A stretch of DNA of 64,000 nucleotides from Frankiaceae bacterium (GTDB lineage Bacteria; Actinomycetota; Actinomycetes; JAFAQI01), in assembly GCA_025929315.1 (NCBI GenBank), contig JAICMI010000001.1, positions 1,802 to 65,801 on the forward strand, in the 5' to 3' direction. Numbering within the stretch: the stretch's first letter is position 1; each line of letters begins with the position of its first letter. The position numbers and the translations under genes were made by a program. Below, piece after piece: positions 9,213-15,031 of this stretch. Under the pieces are notes generated by a model. That model saw nothing but the letters and a program-made list of their open reading frames with translations, searched no databases and had not been told where the DNA came from.

Positions 9213-9752
9213 CTACGACGCGGCCTCGGCGTTGCCGTCAGCACGCGCTTCGAGTGAGGTCAGCACCTTGCGCAGCAGTGTGTTGAGACCGCCGAGCTCG
9301 CGCTTGCTGAGCACGCTGAGGACATCGATCTCCTTGGCCGCCTGCTCGGTCACCGCCTTGTCGATGATCGCGCGGCCTTTGGCAGTCAGCTCGACGTGAA
9401 CGCCGCGACGGTCCTTGGGATCACGGACGCGGCGAATGAGCTCTGACTTCTCGAGCTGGTCGAGCCGGTTGGTCATGGCGCCGGAGGAGAGCATCAACGA
9501 CCGGGACAGGTCACCGGCAGACATGCGGTTGTCCTCGGTCCGGGTGACCAGGCGCAGCAGCAGCTTGTATTCGCCGTAGTTGAGGCCGTGGTCGGCCAGC
9601 GTCTCCTCGAACCCGCGGTTGAGCTGCTTGTTGATCGTGGTGATGCGGTCGACGACGCCTTCGACCTCAGGGTCGATCGCGTCGTACTGCGAAACCACGT
9701 CGGCGATGCAGAAGTCGACAGAGTCACCCATGGACTGAGCATAACCTTCCAT
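9213..9752 (-). CDS. MarR family transcriptional regulator
   Basis: Winged-helix region LLLRLVTRTEDNRMSAGDLSRSLMLSSGAMTNRLDQLEKSELIRRVRDPKDRRGVHVELTAKGRAII. I prefer the start at ATG 9752 (MEGYAQS...) over 9818, because the latter would cover the operator/promoter region. Confidence 0.8.
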   Translation of the reverse strand: MEGYAQSMGDSVDFCIADVVSQYDAIDPEVEGVVDRITTINKQLNRGFEETLADHGLNYGEYKLLLRLVTRTEDNRMSAGDLSRSLMLSSGAMTNRLDQLEKSELIRRVRDPKDRRGVHVELTAKGRAIIDKAVTEQAAKEIDVLSVLSKRELGGLNTLLRKVLTSLEARADGNAEAAS

Positions 9753-9762
9753 GTCAAGTCTC

Positions 9763-9814
9763 TTGACATCGAGATATCTGTGGTAGAGTATCTCGAGGTC
9801 GAGAGATTTCTCGA
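9763..9814. promoter_or_regulatory. Promoter-like TTGACA (9763-9768) with TGgTAGAGT extended -10 (9781-9789), overlapped by inverted repeats TCGAGATA-N10-TATCTCGA (9769-9796) and TCGAGA-gatt-TCTCGA (9799-9814)
   Basis: Read directly in the AT-richer stretch upstream of the MarR gene. The repeats share the TCGAGA half-site, so they are candidate MarR operators. Confidence 0.5.
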
Positions 9815-9834
9815 TCACATCGGGAGGGAGACCG

Positions 9835-9947
9835 CCATGTATGACCCGCTAGCCCTAGACCGTCAGCGCCTCGAGCTCGAGCGGCTCCGCCGCTTGGCCG
9901 CCAAGCCGACGACCCGCTTTCCCCGGCCGCCGCACCGCCACCGCTAG
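9835..9947 (+). CDS. Possible 36-aa small protein (MYDPLALDRQRLELERLRRLAAKPTTRFPRPPHRHR)
   Basis: The ATG lies 6 nt after GGGAGGGAG and downstream of the promoter-like element at 9763-9789. Its stop overlaps the convergent NTase stop in CTAG. Short, with no recognised family. Confidence 0.3.
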
Positions 9948-10477
9948 GTCCGCCGACGCGGGCCGGGCGGCGGGCGGCCCGACTTCTCGCGCAGCTGCAT
10001 GGCGACCAGCTCGCGGAGCACGGGCAGTGCCAGCCGATCCTTGTCGCGCCCGGCCGCTTCCTTGCTGCGCACGATGTCGGCCAGCGATGCGACCTGGATG
10101 TGCACGCCACGCACTTCCATGTCGACGGCGTCGCGCTTCAGGTCGTCGTATCCCTGGGTGCCTGTCGGCATTTGCGTGATGTCGAGGTCGCCGAACTTTG
10201 TGGTGAGGTTCCAGATCCTCGACGCCGCCAGCGAGTCGGCGTCGTGGTCGAACGGGAGCGGCTCGTCCAGCTCGACGGCGCGCACCTTGGCGTCCAGCTC
10301 CTTCAACGCGGCCGACAAGCGAGCCCAGTTGTCGCGCTCGTTGACGGGGACGATGTCGACGTCCTCCGTGGGCAGCGGCGATCCCTGCAAAACTGCGGCG
10401 GCTCCCCCGATATAGATGCACTCGACGCGGTGCTTCGCGAGAACTGCCATGACCTTCTCGGGCTGATAGTCAGACAC
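9944..10477 (-). CDS. Minimal nucleotidyltransferase-fold protein (putative toxin-antitoxin-type NTase)
   Basis: NTase signature IGGAAAVLQGSPLPTEDVDIV (hGG-x-D-x-D) and a C-terminal SLADIVRSKEAAGRDKDRLALPVLREL helix. The GTG start overlaps the XRE gene stop by 8 nt; an alternative ATG is at 10450. Confidence 0.7.
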   Translation of the reverse strand: MSDYQPEKVMAVLAKHRVECIYIGGAAAVLQGSPLPTEDVDIVPVNERDNWARLSAALKELDAKVRAVELDEPLPFDHDADSLAASRIWNLTTKFGDLDITQMPTGTQGYDDLKRDAVDMEVRGVHIQVASLADIVRSKEAAGRDKDRLALPVLRELVAMQLREKSGRPPPGPRRRT

Positions 10478-10790
10478 TTCGCACGTCCTGCTGCAGCTCG
10501 CGCCACTTGTTCGCGACCGCTGTCATATGACGAAGCCGCTCTTCGGGATCGCCTCGCCGCAAGTTGGCTTTGGCTTGGGCGAGGTGGGAGTCGTCGTAGG
10601 TCGCCAGGCTCACGATCATCGAGAAGCCGCAGAGCTTGAGCAGGCGCTCGACCTGTTCGAACGACGGGCTGTTGCGACCCGACTCGAGCCGGGCGATCGC
10701 GGACTGGGTGGTGCCCGCCCGCTCGGCCAGCTCACGCTGGGTCAGGCCCGCTCTACGCCGGGCCTCGCGCACGAGCTCCCCGCCGATCAT
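10470..10790 (-). CDS. XRE family helix-turn-helix transcriptional regulator (putative antitoxin/autoregulator)
   Basis: HTH LVREARRRAGLTQRELAERAGTTQSAIARLESGRNSPS; 106 aa. Translationally coupled to the downstream NTase. Confidence 0.85.
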   Translation of the reverse strand: MIGGELVREARRRAGLTQRELAERAGTTQSAIARLESGRNSPSFEQVERLLKLCGFSMIVSLATYDDSHLAQAKANLRRGDPEERLRHMTAVANKWRELQQDVRSV

Positions 10791-10799
10791 GGATGTAGC

Positions 10800-10839
10800 A
10801 TAGCATTCTTGCTATGGCTCTAGATAGCATCTTTGCTAT
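10800..10839. promoter_or_regulatory. Two copies of a 16-bp palindrome ATAGCA-N4-TGCTAT (10800-10815 and 10824-10839), candidate XRE operators
   Basis: Read directly in the AT-richer intergenic region just upstream of the XRE start (10790). The centres are 24 bp apart. Confidence 0.6.
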
Positions 10840-10896
10840 GTCGGGAACATCTCACATGAGGTAGTTCTCAGCAACTCTGGGTAGCCATCAACGTCG

Positions 10897-13167
10897 ATGC
10901 TTGCTGCCCTGCTGGTCGCCGGTCTTGTGGCCGGCGCAGTCAGCACCCTCGTCCTGCTGGCGCCGTTCCCGACGACCGGCGACGACCGCGCTTACGGGCG
11001 GTGGCCCTGGTCGCGCCGGCTGCTGCTCGCGCTGATCGCAACCGTCGTCGTCGACATGATCGTCGCGGGCGTTCTCGAGCTGCTCGGCGCGACGCCGCAC
11101 AACGTCATCGCTGCCGTCGTCGCCGTCACGGTCGCCAGCCTCGTGTGGCTGCCCTTCACCCGGCGGTGGAGCGCCCGCGGTCACATGTGCTGGTCGACCA
11201 CGGTGTTCCTTTTCCTCGCCTACCTCGCCTTCATGCTCGAGTGGACGTTCACCAACGGCCTGCCGGCCGCATCCGAAGCCGGCGGCATGCTGCTGTGGGT
11301 GCTTGAGGTCTTTGCCGCGTTCCTCGGTACGGCATATCTCTGGGAGCTCTGCGACGCGCTCGGCACCGAGCACTGGAAGCGGCGAATACGACGGGGCGCA
11401 GAGACGCAGGAGCTCAACATCGCAACCCCGTTCGTCAGCCTGCACGTCCCGGCGCACAACGAACCGCCGGACATGGTCATCGAGACACTCACCCGACTCC
11501 GCCGGCTCGACTACCCGTCGTACGAGATCGTCGCGATCGACGACAACACCGAAGACGAGTCGATGTGGCGCCCGGTCGAGCAGTGGTGCGCCGCGAACGA
11601 CGTGAAGTTCATGCACCTCGCCGATTGGCCGGGCTACAAGTCCGGTGCGCTCAACTACGCGCTGCGCAACATGACCGATCCGCGCACCGAGCTCATCGGT
11701 GTCGTCGACTCCGACTACCAGATGGACGCAGACTTCCTGCGCCGCTGCGCGCCGTTGTTCGCCGAGCCGGAGGTCGGGTTCATCCAGGCACCGCAGGACT
11801 ATCGCGGGTGGGACTCCGCGCCCTACTACCGCCGGCTCTACTACTCCTACGCCTACTTCTTCGCCGTCTCGCAGCCCTCCCGTAACGAGCGCGATGGGGC
11901 CATCTTCGCGGGAACGATGGGCCTGATCCGCCGTCGCGCCCTGGAAGAGGTGGGTGGCTGGGACGAGTGGTGCATCACCGAGGACGCCGAACTGTCGTTG
12001 CGACTGCTGCGTGCGGGTTGGTCCGGCAGGCACGTCGACAAGTCGTTCGGCAAGGGCGTGATGCCGCTGACGTTCGAGGCGCTCAAGGGTCAGCGGTTCC
12101 GTTGGTGCTTCGGCGGCATCCAGATCCTCCGCAAGAACTGGAAGTGGATGCTGCCCGGGGCGCGGACCGCCGACAACCAGATGTCGCTGGGTCAGCGCTG
12201 GGCCTACTTCTCCGGCGCGCTGCAGTGGTACGGCGACCTGCTCGCGCTGTTGTTCTTCCTGTTCCTGATGGCGGGCGGGATCAACATCGCCCTCGGCGGC
12301 GGGCTGCTGTTCCGCAAGCTGTCCGGGTTCCTGATCGCCACCATTCCGTTGCTCGTCATCATCGGGCTGGTCCGCGCCGTCGCGTTGCTGCGGCGCAGCA
12401 CCCAAGCGTCGTGGCGGGACGCTCTCGGCGCCTTCGTCATCTGGCAGTCGACGTCCCTGGTCACCGCACGCGCATCAGTCCAGGCCCTCTATGCCAAGGA
12501 AGCGGAGTTCCTGCGCACGCCCAAGACAGCAGAGGACGCAAGCGTCTGGGACGCAGTGCGCGGCAACCGCGGCGAGACGATGCTGGCAGCGCTCGGCGTC
12601 GCCGGCATCGTGCTGTCGCTGCTCCATCCGAGCGGTTACGCCGGGCCGCTGACGGCGGCACTTCTGATCTGGCCGACGCTGGCCTATCTCATGGCACCGC
12701 TCAACTCGCTCGCCGCGCAGCGAGCGGCCCTGCCGGCGGACCTGCGCGAGCGTCGTCGTACGGAGTTCTTGCGCAGTGGCAACGCGAAGGCGTTGACCGC
12801 CGCTGCCGGCGGGTTGGCATTTGCCGGTGTAGCGGTGGCCGCCGTGCTGGCGCTCATCGCACCAGGCAACGTGCACGTCAACTCGCCGTCGATCATCGGC
12901 CCGGTGCGCGGGACTCCGGCGCCCAAGTCGACGCCGAACAACGCCCCGACGCCCGGTGCAAGCACCAGCAGTCCTGGCGCTACGTCGTCTCCATCGGCTC
13001 AGCCGTCAACGTCGCCGTCGCCGTCGCCGAGCGCTACCACTTCGCCGAGCGCCACCTCGACGCCGACACCGAGCGCGACCTCGAAGTCACCGTCGCCGTC
13101 GCCGTCGCCGACACCGAGCCCGACCCGCACGAGCACATCACCGACGCCGTCGCCGAGCGCCAGCTAG
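10897..13167 (+). CDS. Family 2 processive beta-glycosyltransferase (cellulose synthase/CslA-like) with N- and C-terminal TM bundles and a Pro/Ser/Thr-rich tail
   Basis: Motifs VAIDDNTED, VVDSDYQ, QAPQDY, TEDAELSLR and QRFRWCFGG (the D,D,D,QxxRW pattern). Multiple hydrophobic helices lie on both sides of the catalytic domain. 756 aa. Confidence 0.9.
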   Translation: MLAALLVAGLVAGAVSTLVLLAPFPTTGDDRAYGRWPWSRRLLLALIATVVVDMIVAGVLELLGATPHNVIAAVVAVTVASLVWLPFTRRWSARGHMCWSTTVFLFLAYLAFMLEWTFTNGLPAASEAGGMLLWVLEVFAAFLGTAYLWELCDALGTEHWKRRIRRGAETQELNIATPFVSLHVPAHNEPPDMVIETLTRLRRLDYPSYEIVAIDDNTEDESMWRPVEQWCAANDVKFMHLADWPGYKSGALNYALRNMTDPRTELIGVVDSDYQMDADFLRRCAPLFAEPEVGFIQAPQDYRGWDSAPYYRRLYYSYAYFFAVSQPSRNERDGAIFAGTMGLIRRRALEEVGGWDEWCITEDAELSLRLLRAGWSGRHVDKSFGKGVMPLTFEALKGQRFRWCFGGIQILRKNWKWMLPGARTADNQMSLGQRWAYFSGALQWYGDLLALLFFLFLMAGGINIALGGGLLFRKLSGFLIATIPLLVIIGLVRAVALLRRSTQASWRDALGAFVIWQSTSLVTARASVQALYAKEAEFLRTPKTAEDASVWDAVRGNRGETMLAALGVAGIVLSLLHPSGYAGPLTAALLIWPTLAYLMAPLNSLAAQRAALPADLRERRRTEFLRSGNAKALTAAAGGLAFAGVAVAAVLALIAPGNVHVNSPSIIGPVRGTPAPKSTPNNAPTPGASTSSPGATSSPSAQPSTSPSPSPSATTSPSATSTPTPSATSKSPSPSPSPTPSPTRTSTSPTPSPSAS
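12913..13164 (+). repeat. Low-complexity Pro/Ser/Thr/Ala-rich coding tract (84 codons) forming the C-terminal tail of the GT2 synthase
   Basis: TPAPKSTPNNAPTPGASTSSPGATSSPSAQPSTSPSPSPSATTSPSATSTPTPSATSKSPSPSPSPTPSPTRTSTSPTPSPSAS, with reiterated tcgccg/acgccg units at DNA level. Confidence 0.8.
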
Positions 13168-14138
13168 TAGGAAGCGCGCTCGGCCAGTCCCACGGCATAG
13201 TCGGTCCACCACTGGCCCGCCGGCGGGCCGCCGTTGCAGGTGCCGTCGGACTCCCCCGGCCGCTTGATCCAGAGGTAGGCATCGACTTTGCTGTCGCGGG
13301 TGTGTGCGGTCGGTCGGTGCCCCAGGGCGCGACCCGATGGGTTGCACCACTCGCCGTTGGATCCGAGCCCGTTGCGCGATGTGTCGATGACGAACGGCTT
13401 GCCGCCGACAGCCGACGACACGTCGTGCCCATAAGTGCGCTCGACGGACGTGGCGTCGAAGTTGCTGACGTTGAGCGAGAAGCCGCGGGCGTCGGCGACG
13501 TCTGCGCGTCGGAGTCGGTCCGCCATGACGTCCGCGGACTGCCAACCGCTGTGCCCGGCATCCAGATAGACGGCCGTCTTCGGGTGGCGGGTGAGCGTCT
13601 GCACGGCATAGCGCAGCAAGCCGAGGCGGGCCGTCTGTTGCGTGGAGCTCAGGCAGTCCATGCTCGCGAGCGCATCCGGTTCGAGGACGACAGCGACCCG
13701 CGCCTGGCCGACGCCGGCGGTGAAGTGCCGGATCCATGACCGGTAGGAAGCAGGCGACGGCGCGCCTCCGCCGGAATACCCCCCGCAGTCGCGCAGTGGA
13801 ATGTCATAGACGACGAACACCGGCATCGCACCGGCGCGCCGGATCGTGCGCCGCCGGTCGGCCACGCTCTGCTTGACCGAGGAGGCCGGGTTCCAGTCAC
13901 CGAACCAGTCGGCTTGCGGCTGCTGCGCGATCTTGCTCACTTCGTCTGCGTCCTGCGGATGCGTCGCACGCAGGTCGGCTGCCGCTTTGGCGGCAGCCGA
14001 GGACGGGTCGACGTAGAGGTGCCGGCCCGCAAAGGGGTCGCCGCCCGGCGCTGCCGTCGCCGACGGGGAACCGGCGGCCGCGACGGCCGCGCCCAGGGCC
14101 AGGGCAGCGATCGTCACGACCCGAGGCACGGAGATCAC
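13164..14138 (-). CDS. Glycoside hydrolase family 6 (endo-beta-1,4-glucanase/cellulase catalytic domain only), secreted
   Basis: GH6 signatures VVYDIPLRDCGG, EPDALA, YLDAGHSGW, NVSNF, IDTSRNG and DAYLWIKRPGESDG. Signal peptide (M)ISVPRVVTIAALALGAAVAAAGSPSATA. Confidence 0.9.
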   Translation of the reverse strand: MISVPRVVTIAALALGAAVAAAGSPSATAAPGGDPFAGRHLYVDPSSAAAKAAADLRATHPQDADEVSKIAQQPQADWFGDWNPASSVKQSVADRRRTIRRAGAMPVFVVYDIPLRDCGGYSGGGAPSPASYRSWIRHFTAGVGQARVAVVLEPDALASMDCLSSTQQTARLGLLRYAVQTLTRHPKTAVYLDAGHSGWQSADVMADRLRRADVADARGFSLNVSNFDATSVERTYGHDVSSAVGGKPFVIDTSRNGLGSNGEWCNPSGRALGHRPTAHTRDSKVDAYLWIKRPGESDGTCNGGPPAGQWWTDYAVGLAERASY

Positions 14139-14197
14139 ACTGCATTGTCGGCTGAGGGGCCGGCCGGGCTGACTGTCCTGCAGGCCATACTCGGCCT

Positions 14198-14431
14198 ATG
14201 GACGACGACGACATCCTGGCCCAGATCAAGAACCTCGTCACCGAGGAGCGGTCCCTGGCAGGCGACAGCGAGTCGGCGCAGGAGCGCCAGGGTCGGCGTC
14301 GCTATCTGGAGGAGCAGCTCGACCAATGCTGGGACCTGCTCCGGCAGCGGCAGGCGCTACGCGAGTCCGGTGGCGACCCCGACGCGGCGCACGAACGACC
14401 GGTCAGCGAGGTCGAGGGCTACCTGCAGTAG
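14198..14431 (+). CDS. DUF2630 family protein
   Basis: 77 aa. MDDDDILAQIKNLVTEERSLA...LDQCWDLLRQRQALRESG matches the small conserved actinobacterial DUF2630 pattern. Confidence 0.75.
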   Translation: MDDDDILAQIKNLVTEERSLAGDSESAQERQGRRRYLEEQLDQCWDLLRQRQALRESGGDPDAAHERPVSEVEGYLQ

Positions 14432-15028
14432 TCAGCCGCGGCGGCCGTCCGCAGTGACGAGCAGCGCAGGCTCGATGCGGCGGTCAGGGATGAGCCACAT
14501 CAAGGCGACGACCACATATGCGGCGAGGCCGAGCCAGTGGTTGACGAAGGTCAAGAGGATGCCGGCGATGTAGATGACCGGCGAGAGCTTGCCCTTGAGA
14601 TCAGAGCCGATCGCCCTCTCCAGGGCTGAACCCGGTCCGAGCGCGCGCAGGATCAACGTCTGCAGGACGTAGTAGGCGATTGCCGCGGCGAGCAGTACAA
14701 CGCCATAGACAGCGGTCGGTGTCCGCGCGAAATGGTTCTCGCCCATCCAGGCCGTACCGAACGGGAACAGCGACAACCAGAACAGCAGATGAAGGTTGGC
14801 CCACAGCACTGCGCCGTTGATCCGATCGGTCGCGCGCAGCATGTGGTGATGGTTGTTCCAATAGATCCCGATGATGACGAAGCTCAATACATAGCTGCCC
14901 AACACCGGCCACACGCGATGCAGGTCTGACAGATGGTCACCTGCGGGGACCTTGAGCTCGAGCACCATGATCGTGATGAGGATCGCAATGACGCCGTCAC
15001 TGAACATCTCCATGCGGTCGGTGTTCAC
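14432..15028 (-). CDS. TMEM175 family potassium channel (DUF1211)
   Basis: N-terminal RMEMFSDGVIAILITIMVLEL signature and six predicted TM helices; 198 aa. Confidence 0.85.
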   Translation of the reverse strand: MNTDRMEMFSDGVIAILITIMVLELKVPAGDHLSDLHRVWPVLGSYVLSFVIIGIYWNNHHHMLRATDRINGAVLWANLHLLFWLSLFPFGTAWMGENHFARTPTAVYGVVLLAAAIAYYVLQTLILRALGPGSALERAIGSDLKGKLSPVIYIAGILLTFVNHWLGLAAYVVVALMWLIPDRRIEPALLVTADGRRG

Positions 15029-15031
15029 CCG

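Noticed and set aside
12913-13164. Reiterated tcgccg/acgccg units, considered as a possible CRISPR-like or satellite repeat.
   Set aside because: There is no repeat-spacer periodicity. The units are irregular and lie in frame at the 3' end of the GT2 gene, coding a Pro/Ser/Thr linker, so this is low-complexity coding sequence.
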